Assembly: GCA_020860515.1 (NCBI GenBank) | Contig: JAJBUG010000029.1 | Span: 7,413 to 71,412 of the forward strand | DNA: 64,000 nucleotides | Source: Bacteroidales bacterium | Lineage (GTDB): Bacteria > Bacteroidota > Bacteroidia > Bacteroidales > Muribaculaceae | Direction of reading: 5' to 3' | Shown: positions 28,916 through 39,209 of the stretch, one piece after another | Position numbering within the stretch: position 1 is the first letter of the stretch | Layout of the letters: each line of letters starts with the position of its first letter | Notes under the pieces: model-generated | Database searches by the model: none | Seen by the model: the letters and a program-made list of their open reading frames with translations, nothing else | What the model was told of the DNA's origin: nothing | Made by a program: the position numbers and the translations under genes

Positions 28916-31265
28916 ATGTTTTCAAAGCTACTACCTTATTCAATCCTATTGTCGTGCTTTCTTCCTACACTGAGTTATGGAGAAATCCTGACCCAAGAAG
29001 AAGCATTGGATCGTGTGTTCACCTCTACCCGAAATATGGTGGCGGGGGAAAAATATGAACTTGCTTACCAAGGCATCGCACCCGATGCTTCGCCATCATT
29101 CTATGTTTATAATATAAGAACCGGGGGGCTGGGTAATTCTATCAGCCGATGATTCAGCAGCGCCAGTCTTAGCATATAATAAAGAAGGACGATTCTGGCC
29201 CGACAGCCTTCCTGTTGCTATGAACCGCACACTCGAATGCTACTCGCAGGAGATGGGAGCACTAAGAAAAGTTGGAGCGAAGGAATACCAGAAAGTCGAA
29301 TCAAAGACAGAGGCAATAGTGCCCTTGTTAGGCAATATCGCCTGGAACCAGGACTCGCCATTCAACGACATGTGCCCTACCTATTATGGCAATCTGCGGT
29401 CTGCCACAGGCTGCGCCGCAACAGCCATGGCCCAAATTCTTTTCTACCATAAATATCCTGAGGTAGGCGAAGGTGTGCATACATACATTCCCACAGTTAA
29501 CACCTCGATAGGAGAACTGAGCGTAGATTTCTCACAAAGCCATTACCAGTGGGATAAAATGCTTGAACGTTATGATGCCGACAGCGATGAAGAAGTTCGA
29601 GCAGCAGTGGCCAAATTAATGTTCGATTGCGGAGTGGCCATCAGCATGGAATATGGCGAACAAAGCGGAGCCATGTCGATTGATTGGTGCGAGGCTTTAA
29701 CTACCCACTTTAAGTACGACAGAGGCGTGACCTACCGACTCCGCAACTATTATTCAATCGAAGAATGGGAAAGCGTGATTCAAAACGAGTTGGAGGAAGG
29801 GCGTCCGGTGTATGTGACCGGATACTGCGATGACGGAGGTCATGCTTTTGTGTTCGACGGTAGCGATGGCGAAGGCTTTTTCCATGTGAATTGGGGCTGG
29901 GGAGGAATGTCGAATGGATATTTCCGCACCACCGCTTTGACCCCTCCCACCCAAGGCATAGGAGGATCAACAGGAGGCTTCAACTCGAAGCAACTCATAA
30001 TCACTGGCATAAAGGCCGCCGAGGAAGGTTCCGAGCCAGCAGTGTCGCTCATATCAAGCGAACCCTTAAAGTGCACGCCTTCAAAAACTACCCAGGGAGG
30101 TACAGTGCAAGTGAAATTAAACGGAACAATTACCAATGTGGGATGGCAGGATGCGAAATTCGACGCCGGAATAGGGATTTATGATACCGTGGGCAATCTT
30201 AAATGCCAAGTAACATGCATAGAGGATTTGGAATTAGCAAAAGATGCCACGTTTCGATCAATAGATTTCGGACAAATTGAGCTTCCTATGTTAGACGAAG
30301 GAGAATACATCATGCGCCCACTATGCAAATGGGCAGGCGGCAACAATTGGGACCGCATAAGAGATTCTTACATTGGGCTGCCAAATTATCTGAAAATGAA
30401 TGTGACTGACGAGTCAGTATTTTTCAGTTCCCCCGAGTTCTATTCTTTACAAGCTGAAGAGATCAATATCAATTCCGATATTATTAGGGGCGTTCGCTGC
30501 AATGTCACTGCTCAAATTCTAAATGTGGGAGAAAGCGAATACTACGGTAATGTAAGATTAGCCCTTTATGACTCCGATACTAAGAAAAAAGTTACCGAAG
30601 GAGAAAAATATCTAATCGACCTTATGCCCAACCAAAGTGCGTGGGTGGATTTAAGCGACAGCTTCGATGTTGATCCGGGCTTTTGGCTTCTTAGCATCAT
30701 TGATGAAGACCAGCAGATGATTCATGACTTCATTAATATTGAGGTTAAAGAAAGCACTGCTGGCACCTTATCAGCGCTGAGAGCAATCTCCTTTGAGGAT
30801 AATACAAATGTACCTAAGGACGATGTAAAGCTTTATGCTGAGGTGGGATGCAAAGGCGGAGCCTTTGGCGGCACAATATTAGTATATATTTATGATGCCG
30901 CAGAAACTGATGTGGTGTGCTGCTTGGATCCTATCGGAGTTTATCTTAATGATGACGAAAGCATAGAGCTTACATTCTCTGGTCCATTTGAGAATGGCGT
31001 GCCAGGCACCACATATAAAGCCACTTTGGTTAACGGCGAGACTATGACCTATGTAGAGCCCACTGAATTATCGAAATGTATGTTTACTCTTACAGAAGCT
31101 TCAAATCTCGAGCCATCTATCATAAGTGATAATGAAGCAGTTAGTATATACAATTTCCAAGGCCTAATGATGGGGTCAGACACAAACCAGTTGCCAAAAG
31201 GAATTTACATAATTGTAACCGAAGGTCACTCGGGAATATCAGTAAGCAAATATATCAAACAATAA
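28916..31265 (+). pseudogene. C10 (streptopain/interpain-like) cysteine peptidase with I69 propeptide and T9SS CTD, frameshifted at a G6 tract (29123-29128)
   Basis: Catalytic ATGCAATAMAQ and GGHAFVFDG...HVNWGWGG. Removing one G joins the signal peptide ORF to TGGWVILSADDSAAPVLAY...LP, the I69 consensus. CTD ends IYNFQG...LPKGIYII...SKYIK. Confidence 0.85.
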
Positions 31266-31275
31266 TACCAATTTT

Positions 31276-34200
31276 ATGAAAGCCAAAACTTTACTTTTAA
31301 GCTCGATAGCAGCTATAGGCTTGCCTGCCTTAGCAATGCTAATGCCCAGGACCACAGCCGACGGTGGAGCTATGTGGAAAGAACAACTTTCACTGCGCTC
31401 TGATGCAACTCAGCCCCTAAAGGCTAAAACAGTGATTGCCAAAGCTCCCAAAAGCAATGCAAATGTATTGGAAGGGCGCACCCTGTATGGCAATCTGATA
31501 AGCCATGTTGATTTCAACAACTACTCATCCACTGAAATACCCATGGGTATTTATAAGTTCGAAGTGAATGGGTCGGAGCTTGTTGACACTCCACTGCTCA
31601 CCAATTTCGCCTACGACTTATATTCTGGCACATACGCTCGAACCGGATTCTACGGAGCCAGAGTGGCCTCAGTGTTTGGCTATATCAATGCCATCGCCTA
31701 CTACGATTTTGATGTAGAGAATTATGTGGAGCGCGAATGCAACATGGTAGAAGCTAATGGATCGTATGGGCTCATACCCTCGGTGATGTGCTATGATCCA
31801 CTTGACGACACTATATATGCTATCCAATATAATGACGATCTGAGTGGGGCCTATTGGTCAACTTTCAATCGCGAGTCATTGGAATTGGAAATAAAGGCCA
31901 GTTGGAAAAGCAAGTTCCAAATCTACGCAATGGCAGCCTGCCCCGATGGCTATATCTATGGCATAAATGCCGATGGCGATTTGTACCGCATAAACAAAGG
32001 CACCGGCATAGCTTCTTATGTAGGTACCACTGGAGTGAATGTGCTTGGCTACAATCAATCGGCCATATATGATGGATTGACAGGAGGCTTGATATGGGCA
32101 GCCATTACCGACCAAGGAGCAGCCTTGTATCTGGTTGACATCAACACTGGCGGAGCCTCATTAGTGCAATCGCTTCCCAATGGAGAAGAAATTGTGGGTC
32201 TTTACACTCTCGACAATGGAGCCTTGGCAAATGCACCAGGTGCTGTGTCGGACCTTAGAGTGGAATATGCCCAACCTGGCTCAACACAAGCCAGTCTCAA
32301 CTTCACAGTTCCAAGCACCACTTATCAAGGCGGTGGACTAAATGGAAATGTGGAGACCACGGTGTTGGTTGATGGAGAAGCAATGTATGAAGGCAGTTGC
32401 GCCCCAGGCCAAAACCTTTCACTGAATTTGGATCTAAGCAATGACAATCACTATTATTGCGTAGTCTCCCATAACGAGGATGGGTACAGCCCCTACGCCT
32501 ACCTCTATGAATACGCAGGCTGGGACACCCCACTGCCCGTGGAAAATGTAACATTTGAAATAGAAGATGGCACATCCAAATTAAATTGGACAGCACCACA
32601 GAGCGGTGTGAATGGCGGCTATATCGACAGCGATGCACTATGCTATGAAATCATTCGCATGCCCGGAGAAAAGGTGGTGGCTTCTGGAATTAAAGAGACT
32701 ACCTATTCCGAAGTACTTCCAACTGAGATGCGCGCTTACTCTTACAAAATTATAGCTTACAACGGCAATGAAAAGAAGAGCGAAGCCGTAGAGACACAAT
32801 CCATTCTTTATGGCAATGCCTTCCCCACCCCTTACAGCCAAACATTCGACACCACATCTTCGACTGAATTATTCGACATTCTCAACTTGGATGGAGGAGA
32901 CACTTGGACTCTGTCAGGATGGAATCCAGAAATCGATATTAATACCACATACGGGGCCAGCGAGCCATCGAACGACTGGCTAATTACTCCTCCTATTCTT
33001 TTGGAGGCCGGGAAACTCTACCAGTTCAATGCCAATCTTCGCACCTACGCTGCGCCGTATGTTGAAACTTTAGAGTTGGCTTACGCAACCAACTACGACT
33101 CAGCTACAGCCGAAGGATTTGAAACATTCGCCACTTGGCAAGACTTCCTATTGACAGAGTTCACCGACAAGGATGAATATTTCAGCGTACCCGCTGATGG
33201 AAAGTATTACATCGGATTGCATTACACCTCCGATCCATCGATCGGCTCTATGATACGTTTGGCTTCATTAGGAGTGGACGAAGTGGGCCGCATTGAAGCG
33301 CCTGAAGCAGTGACCGAATTAGTGATAACAGCCGATGAGAATAATGCGTTAGCAGCAACACTAAGTTTTGTAACCCCAACCACCAATCTTAAAGGTGAGT
33401 CTATCAGCGCAATTTCTGATGTGAAAATATATCGCGATGGCGAACTGATTGGCCAACTTGGAGCCCTGGCAGCAGGGACCCAAACAAGTTATGTGGATGA
33501 GAAAGTGCCCACCGTAGGAATGCACACTTACCGAGTAGTACCCGTAAATGAAAATGGCGATGGCAAAGGCTCAGAATCAACATTATTCATCGGAGCTTAC
33601 TCAGCACCCTATAGCGCTGACTTATCCGACAGCGAAACTTTGAAACTCTGGTCGATGGATTACACAGGCATTCCAGATTCAGACATAGGCAACATCAGCT
33701 TCGGTACCAGCTGGCTCGGAGGCTTAGGAATGTCATATTTCTCAATGGCTGGTCCTGTGGAAATGATGGCATATTCTCCTGGAATTCTATTTGAGGATGA
33801 AACAGTGTACAACCTGAATTTCAATTTCTACAATGGAAATTATCAGGACTCTGACACTTATGAATATTGGATTGGACTAAGCGACGGCACAATCGAAGGA
33901 TTTGAAAAGAAAGAAAAACTACCAGTGTCCACAAACTACACTTTCGAGCCCCAAGAATGCGAAATCGTAGTGTCCGAGGGTGGCAAGAAACATCTTTCGT
34001 GGTACGTCTATTCAAATCAAGATTATCATTATATCGACATTTCTATCGATAAAGTGGAATTGACAAAGGCAACCTCGGCTAAGGCTCCTTATACAATTTC
34101 CGACTTTAAGGCTGTGCCCGATGCAACAGGTCTTAACAAAGCTAATATTACCTTTGCCGCACCTGATAAGGATTATGTAGGCCGCGATTTGACATCGCTG

Positions 34201-35439
34201 TCATCAGTGAATATCTATCGTGGCAACTCGGCTATTCCAGTCAAGGCATTTGAGAATCCTACTCCAGGTGCGACATTGAATTGGCTTGACGAAGAAGCTT
34301 TAAGCGGAGAAAACACTTACACTGTGGTAGGCATTAATGAATATGGACATGGCAAAGCATTTGTAGCCACAGTTTACGTAGGCTATGATGTGCCAATGCC
34401 AGTGTCAGATTTCACAATTGCTCCAACCTCCGACAATCAAAAGCCACAACTCAGCTGGACAGCGCCCACTACCGGCGTTAACGGCGGCATTATCGATTTT
34501 GATAACCTGGAATATGCAATCGTGAAAATCGATCCCACAGTCACTGAGGACTCCGAAGCCATCAAAATTTTGGAAGTAACTTCAGGAACCAGCTACACAG
34601 TAAATCGTGAGGCTACCGAATATCAAGCGGTAGAATATTACGGAGTGCTTTCAATGACAAATCAAGGAATGGGCGGACTGGCCTATGCATACACCATCTT
34701 AGGCAAGCCATACGAAGTGCCGTTCAAAGAATCCTTCCCACAAGGAGAATTAGAAACCTCACCATGGTTAGTGATCGAATCGGATAATTATGCATCAGCC
34801 TCTCCGGTGGCCGGCGAGGGCATGACTTCCTATTCAGTAGAACCTCAAGATGGTGACAACGGCGCCTTCTATTTCTACAATGGGTCCTATTATGAGAGCT
34901 TTGATGGAGTAACTATGGCATCGCCCAAAATTACACTTGGCAACCAAAATGCCACATTGAAGATTTGGATTTACAACACTGAGGCCAGTGTTTACTCACA
35001 GGCTCCACAAGTAATAGTGCAAGCCACTACCGATGAAGTCAACATTGACACTCTGGCTACCATCACAGTTAGTAACGGTCAAGTGACAGGATGGCAAGAA
35101 TACGAAGTTGATTTGTCGGCCTACAAAGATGCTCCTTCATTGTGCCTGCTCCTTACTGGCAAGACATCAGGCTACAACGATATTCTGTACATCGATAATA
35201 TAACTATCGAGACATCGACAGGCATAACATCGTTGTTAGGCGCCGCAGGATTGTCGATCAAGGGCCTTAACGGCGGAGTGATGATTAATGGAGCCAATAG
35301 CGAACAAGTTAGAATCTACGATGCATCTGGCCGATTAGTCGATTCATTCGTTCCCACAAACAATGAAGTGCGTCCTCTTGGCTCAGGCATCTACCTGATC
35401 ACCGTCAATGGCACTACTCAAAAGATTATCGTAAGGTAA
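31276..35439 (+). CDS. Large T9SS-secreted multidomain surface protein (beta-propeller, FN3-like, cleaved-adhesin/choice-of-anchor-J-like domains)
   Basis: Signal peptide. SNDWLITPPILLEAGKLY and ASPKITL...WQEYEVDLSAY..YIDNITI adhesin motifs, repeated L(S/N)WTAP FN3 motifs, CTD VRIYDASGRLV...GIYLITVNGTTQKIIVR. Confidence 0.82.
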   Translation: MKAKTLLLSSIAAIGLPALAMLMPRTTADGGAMWKEQLSLRSDATQPLKAKTVIAKAPKSNANVLEGRTLYGNLISHVDFNNYSSTEIPMGIYKFEVNGSELVDTPLLTNFAYDLYSGTYARTGFYGARVASVFGYINAIAYYDFDVENYVERECNMVEANGSYGLIPSVMCYDPLDDTIYAIQYNDDLSGAYWSTFNRESLELEIKASWKSKFQIYAMAACPDGYIYGINADGDLYRINKGTGIASYVGTTGVNVLGYNQSAIYDGLTGGLIWAAITDQGAALYLVDINTGGASLVQSLPNGEEIVGLYTLDNGALANAPGAVSDLRVEYAQPGSTQASLNFTVPSTTYQGGGLNGNVETTVLVDGEAMYEGSCAPGQNLSLNLDLSNDNHYYCVVSHNEDGYSPYAYLYEYAGWDTPLPVENVTFEIEDGTSKLNWTAPQSGVNGGYIDSDALCYEIIRMPGEKVVASGIKETTYSEVLPTEMRAYSYKIIAYNGNEKKSEAVETQSILYGNAFPTPYSQTFDTTSSTELFDILNLDGGDTWTLSGWNPEIDINTTYGASEPSNDWLITPPILLEAGKLYQFNANLRTYAAPYVETLELAYATNYDSATAEGFETFATWQDFLLTEFTDKDEYFSVPADGKYYIGLHYTSDPSIGSMIRLASLGVDEVGRIEAPEAVTELVITADENNALAATLSFVTPTTNLKGESISAISDVKIYRDGELIGQLGALAAGTQTSYVDEKVPTVGMHTYRVVPVNENGDGKGSESTLFIGAYSAPYSADLSDSETLKLWSMDYTGIPDSDIGNISFGTSWLGGLGMSYFSMAGPVEMMAYSPGILFEDETVYNLNFNFYNGNYQDSDTYEYWIGLSDGTIEGFEKKEKLPVSTNYTFEPQECEIVVSEGGKKHLSWYVYSNQDYHYIDISIDKVELTKATSAKAPYTISDFKAVPDATGLNKANITFAAPDKDYVGRDLTSLSSVNIYRGNSAIPVKAFENPTPGATLNWLDEEALSGENTYTVVGINEYGHGKAFVATVYVGYDVPMPVSDFTIAPTSDNQKPQLSWTAPTTGVNGGIIDFDNLEYAIVKIDPTVTEDSEAIKILEVTSGTSYTVNREATEYQAVEYYGVLSMTNQGMGGLAYAYTILGKPYEVPFKESFPQGELETSPWLVIESDNYASASPVAGEGMTSYSVEPQDGDNGAFYFYNGSYYESFDGVTMASPKITLGNQNATLKIWIYNTEASVYSQAPQVIVQATTDEVNIDTLATITVSNGQVTGWQEYEVDLSAYKDAPSLCLLLTGKTSGYNDILYIDNITIETSTGITSLLGAAGLSIKGLNGGVMINGANSEQVRIYDASGRLVDSFVPTNNEVRPLGSGIYLITVNGTTQKIIVR

Positions 35440-35457
35440 TAAAGGATCTACCATAGG

Positions 35458-35491
35458 AAAGACCTCGTAATTCGATTTACGGGGCCTTTTT
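35458..35491 (+). terminator. Intrinsic terminator after the T9SS adhesin gene
   Basis: AAAGACCTCGTAA-loop-TTACGGGGCCTTT followed by a T-tract. Confidence 0.65.
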
Positions 35492-35617
35492 ATATTTTTA
35501 ACCTCAATAATTCATACTAAACAAAAAATAAAGACGAGGCCTTGCCTATTTCAGCAAGATTTTGTAATTTTGAAGTGTCAAAAACAAATTTACAATAACC
35601 ACGTCTTTATAAGAGAG

Positions 35618-35700
35618 ATGTCGTGCCACAAGTTCCTGGCTAACACCTTCCGGCTGTTCATGTACGCGGCTGCTACGTTGTCCTCCACATGCTGAAGACG
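35618..35700 (+). mobile_element. IS1380-family transposase remnant (frameshifted fragment)
   Basis: Hand translation gives MSCHKFLANTFRLFMYAA-[1 nt shift]-YVVLHMLKT, matching the IS1380 C-terminal pattern SC..F.AN.FRL....AY.L...L(K/R). Confidence 0.6.
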
Positions 35701-35760
35701 AACCTTTCAAGGTCGCATTTCACCAAACCTTGGCGCAGTTCACGAGCTTTTTCAGCAGCA
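35698..35760. repeat. Second copy of the 63-bp AAA-gene segment
   Basis: Two substitutions relative to 25776..25838. Confidence 0.9.
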
Positions 35761-35815
35761 TCAAAACTTCGATTACTCTAAGTGAAAGGGAGGATTATTG
35801 AATACCAGCTGGAGG

Positions 35816-37030
35816 TTATGATAGCATGTCGTGGGCACGGCGGAGAGCGGCGATGAAGGCGTCGGCCTCGGCGCGGGTGTTATAGACTGCGAATGAGGCG
35901 CGCACGCAGCCTTCAATGCCGAGAGCGTGCATTAGGGGTTGGGCGCAGTGGTGGCCGGTGCGTACAGCCACACCCATCTTGTCGAGAAGCATGCCTACGT
36001 CGTAATGATGGGCGCAATCAAGATTGAATGAGATTACCGCACTCTTATGCGGAGCCATGCCATAGATATGAATACCAGGAATTTCCTCCAACAGCCGAGC
36101 GGTTGTATAGCGAAGCAAATCCTCCTCGTGGTCGTTAATGGTCTCGATGCCCGTCTCCTTGATAAATTCAATAGCCTTGCGCATAGCTGCAATATCCACA
36201 TAATCAGGAGTACCAGCCTCAAACTTGAATGGGAGCTCTGCCCAAGTGGTGCCTTCGAAGCTCACATGGCCAATCATTTCGCCACCACCCTGATAAGGCG
36301 GCATCATCTTTAGCAGATTCTTTTTACCATATAGGATGCCCACGCCCGTTGGCCCGTACATTTTATGTGCAGAGAATGCATAGAAATCAGCATCAAGGTC
36401 ACGCACATCAATGCGCAAATGGGGCGAAGCTTGTGCTCCATCAATCAGCACAGGCACACCACGACTATGGGCCTCGGCTATCATCTGCTTTACAGGGTTG
36501 ACGGTACCCAGGACATTCGACACATGGCACATAGCCACAAGGCGCGTGCGCTCGTTGAATAGCGAGCGGTAAACCTCAAGATCCAGTTCGCCTATCTTAT
36601 TTATAGGCACCACACGCAGCATAATGCGCTTGCGATTGCCAAGCAATTGCCAAGGCACGATATTGCTATGATGCTCCATCACGGTGAGTATGATTTCATC
36701 ACCATTTTCAAGCAACTGACCATAACTGGAAGCCACAAGGTTGATAGCCTCGGTTGTGCCACGAGTGAAAATAACCTCTTCGATGCTCTCTGCATTGATG
36801 TATCGGCGAATCATTTCGCGCGTGGCCTCCTGAGCATCGGTCGCCTCTTGGCTAAGAGTATGCACCCCACGGTGCACATTAGCCTTAGCATTATAGTACA
36901 TATGCACTATTTCATCGACAACACGCTGGGGAGTTTGACTCGTAGCAGTGTTATCAAGATATATCAGAGGCTTTCCGTAAACCTTGCGCTCAAGTATCGG
37001 AAATTGAGATCTTATATTTTCTATATCCAT
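35816..37030 (-). CDS. sufS: Cysteine desulfurase SufS
   Basis: IYLDNTATSQTP, FSAHKMYGPTGVG, VRTGHHCAQP. Confidence 0.95.
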   Translation of the reverse strand: MDIENIRSQFPILERKVYGKPLIYLDNTATSQTPQRVVDEIVHMYYNAKANVHRGVHTLSQEATDAQEATREMIRRYINAESIEEVIFTRGTTEAINLVASSYGQLLENGDEIILTVMEHHSNIVPWQLLGNRKRIMLRVVPINKIGELDLEVYRSLFNERTRLVAMCHVSNVLGTVNPVKQMIAEAHSRGVPVLIDGAQASPHLRIDVRDLDADFYAFSAHKMYGPTGVGILYGKKNLLKMMPPYQGGGEMIGHVSFEGTTWAELPFKFEAGTPDYVDIAAMRKAIEFIKETGIETINDHEEDLLRYTTARLLEEIPGIHIYGMAPHKSAVISFNLDCAHHYDVGMLLDKMGVAVRTGHHCAQPLMHALGIEGCVRASFAVYNTRAEADAFIAALRRAHDMLS

Positions 37031-37033
37031 AAG

Positions 37034-37062
37034 TCACTAAATCACTGAATCACCAAATCACT
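37034..37062. repeat. Octamer tandem array between sufD and sufS
   Basis: TCACTAAA TCACTGAA TCACCAAA TCACT. Confidence 0.75.
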
Positions 37063-38413
37063 CTTTCTGACAGTCGGCGCAGTGCTCAAGCTTGCCGAGA
37101 AGGCGCAACTGTACCAGTTGGCGCAGGCGTGTCTTAAGGGCATCTATTCGCACCGTATCGATTACATCTTCCATAAAAGCTTGCATCAGCATCATCTTGG
37201 CTTCTGCCTCAGGAATGCCTCGACTGCGCATATAGAACAGCGCATTTTGGTCAAGCTGGCCCACAGTGGTGCCATGGCTACACTTTACTTCGTCGCAATA
37301 AATCTCAAGTTGCGGGCGAGTGTACATTCGCGCATCAGTAGATGCCAAGAGATTGCGATTGCTTTGGTAGGCATTGGTGAATTTGGCTTTCTCATCAACT
37401 ACTACACGACCGTAGAACGAACCTTTGGATTGGCCCTCAAGAATGTATTTGAACATCTGGTTGCTCTCGCACTTGGGGGTATTGTGGCGCACCAGCGTTG
37501 CATTATCCACGATTTGGTTGTCAGCGCCCACGGCCATACCCGACAACAATGTGCGGGCATGCTCAGCGATATGCTCCACCACATAACTATTCCGTGTGAT
37601 GCCTCCAATCAGTGTAGTGCCATTCGATGTGAAAGAGCTATTCTGGTCCTGCTCTACAAATACTTGCGACATCCTACTCGTAGCAAGCGACGATTCTTCC
37701 AGATCATAGAAGTCAAATGTTGCATCACGTCCGACATATATCTCCACCACTTGGCTTGCAAGATACTTCTGCGCCTCGTCAGCTGTGTGATCACAAACCA
37801 AGAGTTGGGCTTGCGCACCCTCCTCAACTACAATTAGCATCCTGCGCACTCCCATCATTGGGAAGGGTGCATTGAACACGTTGACCAATTGCAGAGGCTT
37901 TTCCAATTGTACGCCACGCTGGATGCGCACAAACACCCCGTCTTGACAAAGCAGAGTGTTGAGAGCAGCCGCAGTAGTGGTATCGGTTAACTTATTATAG
38001 TATTTTGCGATTAATTCTGGTTGTTCTTTTGCTGCACGAGCAAGCGAGGTCATTTCCACACCCTTAGGCAAATTGCGCAATAGATTAGGAGTAGCATAGA
38101 AAGTGTCGTTGACCACTAATGCCAGTAGGGTGCTGATATTAGGAAGTCCGCATTTGAACACCGAACTGGGATCATTGCCAAACTGGCGCCTTGCTATATT
38201 TACCCCATAATCAGGGGCAAACATCTCCTCCACCGAAAGAGCTGGGTAGCCTTCGTCGCCACGCCGTGGCAAACAAGCGCCAGGCTCCAATAGCCGCTCC
38301 AATGCCTTTGCTCGCGGTGCATTCAGCACCTCTGGCGCATGGCTTTGCAACAAAGCCGCATTCTCGGTGTAAAGGTCAATATATTGTTTCAGAGCGTCCA
38401 TAGCTTCAATCAT
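37058..38413 (-). CDS. sufD: Fe-S cluster assembly protein SufD
   Basis: FYGRVVVDEKA..T.AYQSNRNLL, RPQLEIYCDEVKCSHGTTVGQLD..ALFYMRSRGIP. Start taken at 38413 (38401 is possible). Confidence 0.93.
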   Translation of the reverse strand: MIEAMDALKQYIDLYTENAALLQSHAPEVLNAPRAKALERLLEPGACLPRRGDEGYPALSVEEMFAPDYGVNIARRQFGNDPSSVFKCGLPNISTLLALVVNDTFYATPNLLRNLPKGVEMTSLARAAKEQPELIAKYYNKLTDTTTAAALNTLLCQDGVFVRIQRGVQLEKPLQLVNVFNAPFPMMGVRRMLIVVEEGAQAQLLVCDHTADEAQKYLASQVVEIYVGRDATFDFYDLEESSLATSRMSQVFVEQDQNSSFTSNGTTLIGGITRNSYVVEHIAEHARTLLSGMAVGADNQIVDNATLVRHNTPKCESNQMFKYILEGQSKGSFYGRVVVDEKAKFTNAYQSNRNLLASTDARMYTRPQLEIYCDEVKCSHGTTVGQLDQNALFYMRSRGIPEAEAKMMLMQAFMEDVIDTVRIDALKTRLRQLVQLRLLGKLEHCADCQKE

Positions 38414-39167
38414 TTTGTCCCTTGATCCAATCGTAGCCCCGTTCTTCCAGCTCAAGTGCCAATTCAGGCCCTCCGGACATTACGATGCGGCCCTTATACA
38501 GTATATGCACTACATCCGGCTTGATATAATCAAGAAGGCGTTGGTAGTGAGTGATTACGATTGTGGCATTCTTATCGGTTCTGAGCTTGTTTACGCCGCC
38601 AGCCACGATGCGCAGGGCATCAATGTCGAGGCCTGAATCAGTCTCGTCAAGTATCGACAGCTTAGGCTCAAGCACTGCCATCTGGAAAATCTCGTTGCGT
38701 TTCTTCTCACCACCTGAGAAGCCCTCGTTGACCGAGCGCGAAGCCAACTTATTGTCCAGCTCCACGATAGCGCGCTTCTGGCGCATCATCTTCAGAAATT
38801 CGCTGGCGCTCAGCGGAGGTTCATGCCAATATTGACGCTTGGCATTAACGGCTGCTCGCATGAAATTGACCATTGACACACCGGGGATTTCCACAGGGTA
38901 TTGGAAAGAGAGGAAAAGCCCTTCGTGGCTGCGATCCTCAGGAGAAAGAGCCAACAAATCGACCCCATGAAAATCCGCATATCCGCCATATACGGTAAAT
39001 TTAGGGTCACCAGCCAATACACCCGAGAGCGTGCTTTTACCGCTTCCGTTAGGACCCATTATGGCATGCACTTCGCCGGGACGAATTTCGAGGTTTATGC
39101 CTTTTAATATTTCTTTGTCTCCGATTCCAGCACGCAGGTCGGTGACTTTTAACATTATATCTTCCAT
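38406..39167 (-). CDS. sufC: Fe-S assembly ABC ATPase SufC
   Basis: GPNGSGKST, VNEGFSGGEKKRNEI, ILDETDSGLDID. Confidence 0.96.
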   Translation of the reverse strand: MEDIMLKVTDLRAGIGDKEILKGINLEIRPGEVHAIMGPNGSGKSTLSGVLAGDPKFTVYGGYADFHGVDLLALSPEDRSHEGLFLSFQYPVEIPGVSMVNFMRAAVNAKRQYWHEPPLSASEFLKMMRQKRAIVELDNKLASRSVNEGFSGGEKKRNEIFQMAVLEPKLSILDETDSGLDIDALRIVAGGVNKLRTDKNATIVITHYQRLLDYIKPDVVHILYKGRIVMSGGPELALELEERGYDWIKGQND

Positions 39168-39173
39168 AAGTTA

Positions 39174-39202
39174 GTGTTTCAGTGTTTTAGTGTTTCAGTG
39201 AT
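39174..39202. repeat. Octamer tandem array between sufB and sufC
   Basis: AGTGTTTC AGTGTTTT AGTGTTTC AGTGA. Confidence 0.75.
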
Positions 39203-39209
39203 GTGGTAT

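Noticed and set aside
35698-35760. 63-bp duplicate as a DGR template/variable repeat
   Set aside because: Only two mismatches, the coding copy would have to be the template on its antisense strand, and no RT is present; a paralogue or recombination scar is simpler.
16700-35800. Intact prophage or ICE
   Set aside because: No integrase, relaxase, T4SS, terminase or structural genes were recognised; only scars and cargo remain.
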